Shown here: in pieces, positions 1-12,500 of the stretch
Position numbering within the stretch: the first letter of the stretch is position 1
Layout: each line of letters opens with the position of its first letter
Virus record (IMG/VR): IMGVR_UViG_3300027702_000001
DNA: 64,000 nt
Reading direction: 5' to 3' (one strand)
Source: a virus
Position numbers and translations under genes: made by a program
The notes under the pieces: generated by a model
Seen by the model: only the letters and a program-made list of their open reading frames with translations
Told to the model about the DNA's origin: nothing
The model's database searches: none

Positions 1-314
1 CCAAAGTCAATAGCAGTGTTTGTTGCTGATCCAACCCAGTTAAAACCCTGTGGTGGACTGCCATCTGGACCACCTGAAGCATTATAGATAGCAACGCCAT
101 TAGCACTGATACCAACTATCCCTACAGGAAGTGTTCCTGAAGCAACTGTGTTATCTCCACCTCTATATGTAAAATTATGTGAGAAAGTATATGACGTAAT
201 CGTATTAGAATTATCACTATTCGGGAAAGTACCAGAAAGCACAGGCGTTGGAAGACCATTACCTGTGATAGTCAGAACATCTGTTACTGCGTTGTACTGT
301 CCGTTTGCTGCCAT
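1..314 (-). CDS. YHYH-domain-like protein, N-terminal part (runs off left edge)
   Basis: Hand-translated from ATG at 314 (TAATG overlap with upstream stop): MAANGQYNAVTDVLTITGNGLPTP...LPVGIVGISANGVAIYNASGG; the GIxxNGVxIYN motif is typical of YHYH domains. Not in the ORF track. Confidence 0.65.
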   Translation of the reverse strand, partial: MAANGQYNAVTDVLTITGNGLPTPVLSGTFPNSDNSNTITSYTFSHNFTYRGGDNTVASGTLPVGIVGISANGVAIYNASGGPDGSPPQGFNWVGSATNTAIDF

Positions 315-511
315 TAGTCTATTTCAGAAAGGTTATATTCACAAATCATCGCAAAAGTTTGCTTCTTTAATTGATCCAGAAAAATCTGCTCCTCAGCGGG
401 ACGAGCAGGTGAACCTGGCCACATTCTTATCGAGTAATCTAAATGAGAGTAGAGCAACCGAAGTCCCTCTATTCCCATCTTTAACTCGCAATAGAATCCT
501 TCATCTTCCAT
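314..511 (-). CDS. Hypothetical protein (65 aa)
   Basis: Fills the gap exactly between the giant ORF (ends 515) and the next ATG (314); translationally coupled. Confidence 0.7.
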   Translation of the reverse strand: MEDEGFYCELKMGIEGLRLLYSHLDYSIRMWPGSPARPAEEQIFLDQLKKQTFAMICEYNLSEID

Positions 512-514
512 TAT

Positions 515-3500
515 TTAGTTGTCGTCGAAGATTTGGTCTGGTGTGAAGTTGTCCACAGTAGTTGCTCCTATGTTAATAGTAAGGACTGCAGCGTTGGAAA
601 GTGTTGGTGTTGCTCCAGCAGCGGTGAGTCCGCATCTGAATTCATCTCCACCATCTGCCTGTGTAGTAGCAGGAGAAGTGAATGTAGGAGATGTAGCACC
701 AGTGATGTTATTCCAGTCATTCTCACCATAGTTCTTCTTCTGCCACTGGTAGGTTATTGTGCCACCAGCAGGGTTAGTAGACGCGATCACGGTGAAGGAT
801 GCCACTTGACCTTGGTTAACGGTTGTGTTAACTGGTTGTGATTCGATAACGATTGCTTGCTCACCCTGTGCCTGAGATTCACCTGGGGGAACGTAGTTTG
901 GATCATAGATGTCGATACCACCGTTGACTCCAACACCTGAAGGTGCGAAGAAGTTATCAGGAACAGTGGTGTTCACATCGATTGTTGGTTGTGCATAACC
1001 CTGACCTGCGTTCTTCACGTCAATGCGTGCGAGACCCACAAGTGCCTTGATGCGTGCACCAAAACCTGAGGATGAAATCACATCCACGTTAGGACGTGAA
1101 TCGTAACCATCACCAGAGTTTGTAAGGATTGCTTCTGTAACACGTCCTTTCTCGATGGTTGCAAGAGCGTCTCCATTACGTCCCTTAACAGCACCCGAAT
1201 ATTCGAATGTGATTAGTGAGTTAGAAGATTCAATTAGAGCAACCTCTCTAGTCTCGTCCTCACCTTCGATCTGTAGGATGTCACCTGATTCAATTGGAGG
1301 AACAACGGTTGCCGCGATAACGTCAACGTCAGAACCAATGTAAGAGAAGGCGACGAAGGTTGAACCTGCACGAGGAACTTCAGAGAAGATGATTCTAGAA
1401 CCAACGATCTCAAAACCAATTCCAGGTTCCTGAATAACACCGTTCAACTGACAGATGATGTTGTTTTCAGGGAGGATAGTGTTGGACTGTACACCATCAG
1501 TCAGTGTAAGTGAGTAGAACACACCACCAAGTTTCAAGTTGAAGGAGTTCCTCAAGGAGTCGAAGTCGAATGAGATGTCATCCAACTGTCTCAACTTACC
1601 GACGTACACACCGTGGAATGTAGATCCAACAGCAGGTGCTTCAGTGAACTGAATGTTGTCAGAGAATGCTGTGTAAGCATTGTTACCACCAGGAGGTTGG
1701 AGGATACCATTCACGAAGATCATCATATGACCTGCTGGATCTGGGAAGTATGCAGTACCGTTTGTTTGTGTTAACTTGAAGTTCTGCTGAACACCATCAA
1801 ATCCTCTGAAGAATCTCTTCACACGCCCGCGTAGAGTCTTAGCGACTGAACACGCTGCTCTGAATCCTGCATCACCAATGATCTGAGCATTCTTGAGGAA
1901 TGTTCCAGAAGTATCACCAAGGTGAATAATCAAGCGAAGACCGATTTGTTGGATCTTCTCAATCTTACCGTAGGCAGATGTTGTGGTGATATTGACCTGT
2001 GTAATACCAGATGTATAAACAGATGGGAAGTTAGATCCAGGTGGAATCTTAGCAAGTTGATATGCTGAGTCGTTTGCGATAGATGAAAGGTTGTCACCGA
2101 TACTTACGAAACGTCCAGTCTCATTTGCTAGGTAGATTGTATTGTTATCAAGGTCGTGTTCAGTAACAACGAAGGTGTGACCAACAGACTGACCTGAGTT
2201 TTGGAGTTGTAGAACATCACCAACGTTAAATGTATCAGTAACACCAGTGTCAGTAATCAATCCTGCGTACACGAAGGAAGTAATTTCAGTAGAGTGGATG
2301 TATTCACCAAATCCAGGAAGGAGTGTGAATGCTTCAACTTCGATAATCTGATCGGTAACAGAACCGTAGATAACATCGTTAGGAGCAAATTCTCCAACAA
2401 CAGTTTCAATGTCGTAAGTAATTCTACCTGATTGGTTATCGATTAGGGAACCATCATTGTTTCTAACGATAAGGGCGTTTGCTTTACCTGTATCTTCCTT
2501 AGAATAAAGGATGTCAGTAGCAATAAACTCACCTTGCTTGAAGTTGACCAGTGCTCTATCGTGAATTCCTGCATTCACAGTTGCAGTTGCACCTGTTGTG
2601 AGTCCTTCGATATTATCAGAAGCGATGAAAGCACCACCTGTTATCTCTACCTTGATGTAAGTTGAGTTATCAGTTGCGATAATTTTACCAGTGTTTGCTG
2701 TAGCACCAGTCTTAGCAATCATCTCTCCGTTAGTGAATGGAGTTCCACTACTTGTAACGGTGATAGGAAGGTACTTAACCTTGTAGTTGACAGTAGCAAG
2801 GTTATCCTGAATTCTGATAACTTCAGCATATGCACCCGATGATGTTCCGTAGAATATATCAGCAGGTTCAATACCACCAGATGTAGGTGTAGGAATAATA
2901 CGATCACCATATGTGGTTGGAATCCTAGTGATACCAGTCTCTCTCGCGATTGAGAGTGTATGAATTTCTCCTGGAAGTCCAGGTGTTAGAGATGTAAGTT
3001 TGTCTCCATCAATGTATTCTGCCAAGTAGATTTTGGAAGAAGTAGTGTCTGGGTGGATGTAGTACGACGCCCTGTCAAGTTCCACAATATTTGTACCCAA
3101 GACAGTGTAATTAACTCGGTCATATGCTTCGAATGGATGATTGTTTTTAGAGATAGAACCATCAGAGTTTACATCAACACCAACGTCAATTGTTTGCTTG
3201 AGGTAAACAGTTGGCAACTTCGATTCTGCAAGAGCAGTGTAGACCAAATGCCACAACTGCTGAATCTTATGTACAGCAGTCATCGTAGGACGCATCTCTC
3301 TATCTTTGTAGAGAGGTTCGAAGTTATAAGTTCCAGGTTCGGGAGCAGTACCAGCAAGGATATGTTTGATCATATCTGTGGTTGCTGTCGCGTGGAAGAT
3401 TAGATAGGTTCTAAAGATATTAGGGAATGCGACGAAATTACCCTCGGCATCAAACCAAGTATTAATTAGTTCGATTGTTTTAGCGTTACTATCAGTCAAC

Positions 3501-6500
3501 AAGTCATAAATGTACGCTTTTCTGATGGTATCGCCAAATTCTTGATCACCAGTGTATCCAGAATACTGGTTCACTGTCTTGTAATATGCTTCTCTATTAA
3601 TATAGAGATCATTGATTGAGATCAGGCGTGATGCCTGACGATACATTTCAGGAGCAGATCCCAATGTATCCTCAAGAAGATCAAACAGAATGTTTGAAGC
3701 AGATGTTACGTTATAGCAAACACCACCACCAAATAGTAGAGTATTGTTTAGTACAGGTGCGTTTCTACTAATACCTTGGTTAGTGAAGTAACTACCGTTT
3801 CCAGCAGCAGCATCTTTAACAACACCGATAACGATGTCGAAGAGAGAACTGATAGTTGAAGATTCAACGTTACAAGCACCAGATCCTGCCTGATCGTATG
3901 TGATAGTGAGATCACGAACAGCGGCACGTTCACCTGTTAGAGGCCACTCGCCTGGTAACGTACGTGAGATGCCATCTATGTAATTCTGTGGGTTACTTGT
4001 ACCACTGTTGAACAGATCTACAGTGATTCCCATCAATGATGTGATAGCAGATGCTTGAGTAGCACATCTTGTTGCTCCACCACCACCTGTGATCCAACTG
4101 ATTGAGTTAGTTGTAGAACTGACGAATGTGTGGTTATAGTTACCACCACCCTCTACAGCATTAGAACTAGCATATGCGAATGTATGAGGATACTGTTCAC
4201 TAGAAGGTGCAGGGTTAACATTAACCTTGATTCGACCATTCTTAAACTTGATTCCGTTTGCAGCAGCACTGGTAAATGTGTGAGTGTAGTTACCACCAGC
4301 AGAGATTGCGTTAGGTGTAGCACTTACAAATGTGTGAGCAGTTGTGTTGGTTGAAGGAGTTCTGCCAGAAGCAAGAACGTTGACTGTGACTGTAGTTGCA
4401 GTAGCAGCAGTAACTTCAAGAGGAACATCGTATGCTCTATCCTTCTTCCAAGTAACACCACCAGATGTTGCTGAAACAAAGGTGTGTGCAGTAACGTTAG
4501 TTGAAGGAATACCATCAGAAAGGAGAACCTGAACCTTGAAGGTATTAGCAGTTACGTTAGAGATTTCCAACCAAGAGTTTGATGCAGGGTCACTGCTTCT
4601 TGGATATGCGTGGTTAGTTCCATTACCATCCTGAGCACAAGTAAATGTAACTCCATTATCAGCAATCTTGATTTGATCACCATTGGAGAACCCGTGCTGA
4701 GGAATAGTCAGCGTCATAATACCAGTTGTACCGTTATAATCAGCAGCAGTAACTGTATGAGTTGTAGTTGTAGTTCTAGGATAAGAATGGTTGGTTGCGT
4801 TATCGTCTTCCTCACAAGTAAATGTAAGTGAGTTAGGTTGAATCTTAAGATGTGATCCAGTAACAAGACCGTGACCATTACCAAGAGTCAAGATCATCAA
4901 TCCTGTAACGGGATTGTATGCAACGTTTGAAGGCGTGAAGTTAACTGTGCCTGTAGTACCAACGTTTACAGTAAATGTATTTGTAGCAACGTTTCCAACA
5001 GGAAGGTACTTGTTAGCAGCAGGATCAGATACACGAGGATATGAATGAACAGTATAGTTGTTGTCCATATCACAAGTGAAGTTCAGGGAGTTGCTGACAA
5101 TCTGAACGTTATCCCCGTTGGCAAACCCGTGGTTAGGAACCGTAAGAGTTAGAACACCAGTTGCAGGAACATATGATGCATTAGTTGCAGTAAATTCAGA
5201 ATCACCAATCTCAAGAACAGTTAGAGATTTACCTGATGCATAGTCATTTACCGAGACATCATTATTGGTTATGGAACGAGGATATGAGTGTTGTGTAGCA
5301 TTACCATCCTTAGTACAAGTAAATGTAAGTTTATTATCTGGAATCTTGACGTGTCTACCAACATCCAAGGTGTTGGAACCGATGTCAAGGAACATATCAC
5401 CAGTTGCTTGATTGTATATTGCGTTCGTTACATCGTAGGTAACGTTAGCAGTTGTACCAACATTGACTGTAAATGTAGAACTTGTAGAACCTGTAACGGG
5501 GAGAAGAGCACCGTTTGAAGGATCAAGAGGTCTTGGATAAGTATGCTCTGATTGATTACTGTCAAAGTCACAAGTAAACTTCAATCCATAAGTTGCAATC
5601 TGAACAGCATCACCTGTTACCAGACCGTGACCAGTCTTAGTCAAGGTCAAATCACCTGTTGCTGGATTATAAGTTGCGTTTGTGGGAGTTAGTTCACCAG
5701 TTGTTGAACTGCTAGAGTCAATAGTAATAGTAGTGTCATACTGAGGATAACCTTCAGTGTAACCATTAACATTAACTAACTGCTGTCTCATCACCTCAAT
5801 AGCGATGTCACGTGCCTGTTCGAAGATGTACTTAACTTCAGTAGACTGTGAATTGATGTGCTGGATAGCGTTTGCATCAGTAATATAGAACTCAGTTGCA
5901 TACCAGACCTTGTTATTACCACCGTACTGAAGGTTCCACGCCATTGCTTCAAGGATGTCAATAACATCATCGATACAAGACTGATAACCATAACCACCAA
6001 ATGTAAGGTTGGGGTATTGAGCATATCCACGTCCTACAGCAGTAGAAGCGATAAATCTCAAGTTATTGAGGATCTCGTTACCTGCGTCGTAGTGCTTATT
6101 AGTAGTAGCGTTATTATCATAATCACCACGTGGAACTCCACCACCAATAGCATTTCCACCTTGTCCACCGCCACCACCAGCACTGAGATCTTCGAAGGGA
6201 GTAAACCCAAGTTTATTGCGGATCGCGAGAACTGACATATCTCTCGCCATCTTATAAGCATAGATTGTCTCTTGTGATTGACCAGTGACGTGACTGAGAC
6301 CCATATCTGTATTCAGATAGAGTGCTGCAGCATCATATACTTCACTGTTAGAAGAGAATCTCAAATCGTGAGCAACAGAGTTGATGAAATCAACGATGTC
6401 ATCCTCACAATGAACCTTACCACCAGGAACTCTGAAGTTGTAATGCTTGAATGCTGATGTCTTAGTTACAATGTCAACTGCTTCAGCAGCGATAGTACGA

Positions 6501-9500
6501 GCATTTCTTTCAATGATATTTGCAGAATCAAGTGCTCTATGTGTTCCTTGGAAGATCTTAGGATCGGGAGGATAGAATGTGCTCTCTGTAATTACTGATC
6601 CAGTTAGATCGTAGTTGACAGTAGCATCATATTCTTTTCTGTATGCAGTCAGGTCACTATACTGAAGTTGATAGAAATCATCAATAGTATTAGGAGTTGT
6701 ACCTACAATATTAGCAATGTTCTCGTTTCTACCTACCAAGAGGTTCTGAAGTGCTTTATTTGCAAGGAACTTGACGTGCTCAAGAGCATCAAGCATTGCA
6801 AGCAATTCGTGCTCAATATAGTTAATATTACTCTGTGAATCAAGATAAGAATCAATCATACCCTGAATATTAGAGTTACCACCAGTAATCAAGTCACCTG
6901 CAACAGCGGGCACGATGTGATCTCTAATATCTCTAACACATTTATCTCTGCTAGGAATGTCAATCTTATCAACTTGGATAAAGTTGACCATAACGTTCCA
7001 TTCTTGCTCCATCATAGAGACTGCTTCATCAGCAATCGCACCACGGTTGAAGTAAAGAAGATCAGCACCATCTCTAAATCTATGTCCTGTTGGAGACATA
7101 ACTTCCAACATATTGTCAATCAAGTCAGAGATGAAAGTTGTAATTGCAGATGATGCAGGAGATGCGAAATAATTAGGAACTCTAATTCTGTTTGTGTACT
7201 CGCCAGTTAGATCAGTTGCATCTTTAGTAATGATGTCAACACAGATCTTACCAACTTCACGCCAAGTGTAGATTGACTGTAGAAGTTCACCGTTGATATG
7301 CTTCAGAGCACCAGATCCTTCTAAGTATCCTCTACCTGCAACGATTGTGTGATAGTTACCACCCAACTTAAGGTCATCGATAATAGCAGGGATGATAAAG
7401 GAATGAGTATCGCGAATACACTTATCAGTACCTTGACTTGAAGTACCTGTGTCACCTGGAATAGTAAATGCAGGATATTTCGCCTTCATTCTACCGACTG
7501 CTTCTTCAGCGATCCAATAACGGTTCTTATAGATGATGTCACCACATTCTCTATAAGCATCACGAGAAACATCAACTTCCTCTGTCATAATCTCTTCACG
7601 CCAGAGTTCTACTCCATCGGCATTAGCAGAAGAGATGATAGTCTGTTGATATGTCGCGTAGACAGCAGAGAGTTCCATTGGGAATGGTGCTTCTCCGTTG
7701 AAACCAAACGAGATGTCAAGAGCACGGAAATCATAAACGGTGGGGGGTATAAACCCACTAGAATAGCTGGCGGTTCCTTTTCTGATAATAAGGTTATCCA
7801 TATTACCTGTGAAAGTCTCACCATTGTTCCAAGATGCACCAACAGTGATAGGACTATTACCATAGTCTGAAGCGTCAGTGTAATCTGATCCAACCTGTTG
7901 TCCCGCAACGAACAGTTTGGTCACATTAGATGCTCTGGAAATAGCAATGTGATACCACTGATTTGCATTAGGAATAGCACCTGCACCAGTGATATGGTCA
8001 GATGTAGCAATACCAAACTTCAGTGATGTACCCTGCAAGAAGATTGAACCAGCACTGCTGCTGGATGCAGTTCTGAAATCAACAAGTCTTTGTGTTCCAG
8101 ATACAGTTGTAGGATAGATCCACATCTCAATCGTATAATCACCAGTGCCAAAGGCAAAGGCAGCATTAGAAGCGTGATTGATTCTAGAAGATGTACCAGA
8201 GAAATCTAGTGATCCTGTACCAGTTCCAGGGTTCAACTTATCAACAGTAACGTTGTTATAAGTGATTGTGGAGTTTGTGATGTACTCAGCAGCAGTGAAT
8301 GCACCAGTAACACCTTTTGTATATGCCCATTTAGAACCAGCATTGGTTCCGATGATCTCTGCAACAGCACCTGAAGATACGCCTTTCAGTGTTTGACCGA
8401 AGTTGAAGAATCCACCAGATGATTTGTCCTTATAAGAATGCTTGATAGAACGGATTGTCTCACCTTCAGTAAAGGTGTACGCTGGTGCAATTCTAGGAAC
8501 ATTACTAATAGACCACTGATAAGTTGCAGGATCAGCACCAGTAGGATCTTGTAAGGTATCAGTAACAATTCTGAAGAAGTTTGCAACAGCAGATGTTTGA
8601 GCAACACAAGCATTTGCATTAGGAATTGTAGTTCTACCTTGTGAGTAGTCTGCCTGAGGTGCAGTTGATGTAACTGCTGCTTGGAATGCCGCTCTAGTAC
8701 CTGGAGATGCACTTGTACCAAGGTTTGTAATCAGAATGTCCATCAGTGTAGTGATGGCAGCAGCAACTGCCTGACAGGTCGGAGACGCAGTGTCAGCAGT
8801 GATAGAAATAGTTACTTGGTTCCAACCGTGTGATCCTGCCTTAGTGACAGCAATATTTCTCATAATATCGAGAGACATTGCCTTTGCCTTAGTAAAGGAG
8901 TTGACAATAGTGTCTCTATCACCAGATGTCACACCATAATGAAGGATTCTGTCTGTTGCTTCCCAGATGAAATCGTTACCACCGTGTGCAACGTTATAAG
9001 CAAGTGCTTCAATAACATCAACGATGTCTGATAGGCAATGCTCATCTCCACCAGATACGTTATATCCTGGGTTCTGAGTCTTAGCATAATGAAGTGATTC
9101 GTAAGCAATGTACCATTTGTTAGCAAGTAACAAGGTTCTAGCGTCACCGTGACTGTTGCTTACAACTTCATATTCTGGAGTGATGGTAAGATCTTTCCAC
9201 TGAGACAACGTTGTGTGCTCTGTGGTGATGTTAACCATATTAATACACTGGTTAGCGAGGTCTCTCGCAGCATTCATTGCATATACAGTCTGTGCTTCCT
9301 GTCCACCAACGTGATAGACAGTATTACTCTGAACATAGAAGTTTGCAGCATCCCAAACTTCAGAGTTACCATCGTGCTCAAGTTGCCAAGCAATTAGGTT
9401 GAGCATATCAATGATGTCATCCTCACAGTTAACATTGCCTGTAGGAATAGTAAAGGAGGGGTAGAAAGCCAACATTCTGCCCACCGCTTCTTCAGCGATG

Positions 9501-12500
9501 AAACGATTATTCTTCACAATCGCTTCAGCAGCGTTATTAGCACGAGTATCGTGTACTGATCTAATAGAAGAGTTACCGAAGTAGATCTTCTTGAGTCTGA
9601 TGTTAGTGCCAGGTGCAAAGTCATTACCAGTTAGACTGTCATAACGAATCTCTTGGTTTCTAACTGCTTCAAAATCTAGGAAGTCTTGGTTGTTAGTTGT
9701 CTCAGGATCGTATATTTCAGTTGGGTTAATAACAGTTTCACCGATGTCATCAAGAATAACGTTCGGGAAGGTAATTGAAGGAACTCTCTGGAAGACAAGA
9801 GCAAAGAAACTAGATGAAGGTGAAAGGTCAACAGTATCAATAATCTGCTGAGATACCTCATCCTGATAAGGAGAGATAGCAGAAACAGTTGCTGCAATGT
9901 TAGATCTTGCAGAGTAGATTATGTCATTGAACTTGATCTCAAATTCACCAGTTTCAAACTTAGCAGTACCAGATGTTCTAGAAACAACCAAAGAAGTATT
10001 GATATTACCATCATCAAGGTTGTTCTCTTCAATAATTGCAAACTTACCATCAAGGTTAGTAATCCTCTCACCCTGTTCAAAGATTGTCTTAGATGAAACT
10101 GGGAAGATACCACCAGTTCCGTCTCCTGCAACACCGATTCTAGAGTTGAATCCAGTAGCACTATTAAGAACAAATTCACCCTCTTGGAATCCGCCGTTTG
10201 GTCCGTTCTCAATATTAAGAAGGTCAATGTAGTCAGTACCAGAATCCACAACAATACCAGTTGCTTCAGAGATAATACCTCTGACTCTGTTACCAACTAA
10301 GGGGAAGATACCACCAAGTTCAGAGAACTGAACACGAGTAATTAAAAGTTGAGTGAAGGTAATATTTCTAAACTTAATTCTAGAAGGTGCCTTTGGAGGT
10401 TCAGAGAATACAATAGAAGGACCTGATGTAGAGAATGAATCTCCAGGTGCCTGTGCAACACCATTAAGGAGAACAAACATCTGATCTTCAGTCGCAGTAA
10501 TGGAACCACCCTCAACATTCAGTGGGAACTGAGTTCTGATACCATCAAAGTCTTCAGAAATGTTATCAATCTTCTTAACGATAGAAGTTAGAATTTCCTC
10601 AGAGTTAGTAAGTCTCTTCTGTCTGAAGAGCACTTCAGTGTTGTTAAACTGAGTGTAGATCGGTTGTGCGTTAGCAAACGATGTAATCTGGTTAATATTA
10701 GTAAATGCGTTGATATTAACTTCTTTAACAAGATCAGATACAACCTTTCTTCCAGAAATATCCTTACCACCAGTGATTGCTAGTTCACCGAATAGGTTGA
10801 ATCCAACAGGGTGGTTTGTTTCCAGTACAGGTTTTCTCCACTGGTTAATAGGTGTTTCAGACTTAATAACGTAGGAGAAGTTCTGATAGAAGTAACTATC
10901 TTGGATTTTCTGAACGATTTCAGATGGTTTACCAACGTCATCGATAAACTGACCTGGAGTATTAGTCAGTGAGTCAATATTAAGAGTACCACGAGCGATT
11001 GAGAGGTTATCAATCAAACCAGAAGCACGAGAAACTTCACCAGTTACACGCTCACCTGGGGTCCAAACACCGTCATAGTTCTCAAGTTTAAGGATTCTAG
11101 GTCCAATCTGCCAACCTTGGTTAGTAGAAACATAACCTGTAGCAGATGCAAGTTCAAGTGAAGTACCTTGATAAACAAGTTCACCCTCAAGGAATCTTGA
11201 AGTTTCAACGATAGCAGTTGCTTGACCACCAAATACTTCGGTCAAGAGAATCTGTCTACCTTCACCTTGTGTCAAGAATGTGATATAAGAACCAGATTCA
11301 GCGTCAAGTTTAGTAAGTGAAATTCTAAGTTGGTCAGATTCAAGACTATTTGCTTCACCTGCGATAGCATAGTAAGTCTGACTAGAAGACAAACTAACCA
11401 AACCTGCAGAACTTGGTTTTGGAAGGATACCAACTGTAGATCCAAGGTCTTCTGCTCTCAACTGGATTTCAGCACCAGTAGTAATACCGTGTGGGAAGTT
11501 AAACTGTAGGTAACCTAGGTCAATGTTAACAACGTAGTTAAATTCTGACTTAAGTGTGACTGAAGGTTCAGAACTGTATCCTGCACCAGGATCTTTGATG
11601 ATAACTTCACTAAGACGATTGTTCTTAACGATCGCTTCAGCAGCAGCACCTGTTCCACCACCACCTTCGATTACAACAGCAGGAGTTGAGGTATATCCAG
11701 AACCAGGGTCTGTAATCTTGATTTCTGCAAGAATAGCGGTATTAAACAACTGAAGGTTCACTGGGAAAGTGATTTCAGGTCTCAAAGTATAGTCGTGAGA
11801 ATAACCGAAACCAAATTCGTTGTTCTTAAGTTTCTTGATACGTCCGATGCTCTTACCTTGTAGGAACACAGAAGCACCTGAACCTTCAGAAGGAATCACA
11901 ACATCGAGTGATCCACCTGAACCAGCAAGTAGAGGTCCAAGAATTCCAGGAATAGCGTCAATATCGATAGATGCTGTTGTGTATCCTTTACCAGCAGAGG
12001 TTAAAACAACGCTAGTGATAACACCAGTGAAGTCTCCATCATCAGTAACAGTGATATTACAACTTGCACCATCACCATCTCCTGCAATAGGTACATTATA
12101 ATAGACACCATTCACATATTCAGTACCACCGTTAAGAATACGAACCTTTTCAATCTCTCTGTTAGATGCAATATCAGTAACGATAGGTAATTTCTGATAG
12201 AATCCACCTGGATTGACCAATTTAATGGTTGAAATAGGTCCAATTGCCTTAATTGATGTTGTAGAGTAGATAGAACGTGGATTTCCAAACTCATTATTAC
12301 CTACAGGAGCGTTAGATTTCTCTGGTTCGACAAGAAGTGGGAAGTCAAACTCCAATCCATCACTAGAAACACTAGAAATGGTGAATGTACCTTGGTAAGG
12401 AGACTGAATAACGTCAATAAATGATCCTTCACCAACAGGAGAGTTGTCTGCTGTGGTTCTAGATGGGTCAAAGTAGTATGAGATGTTAGTAATATCTTCA

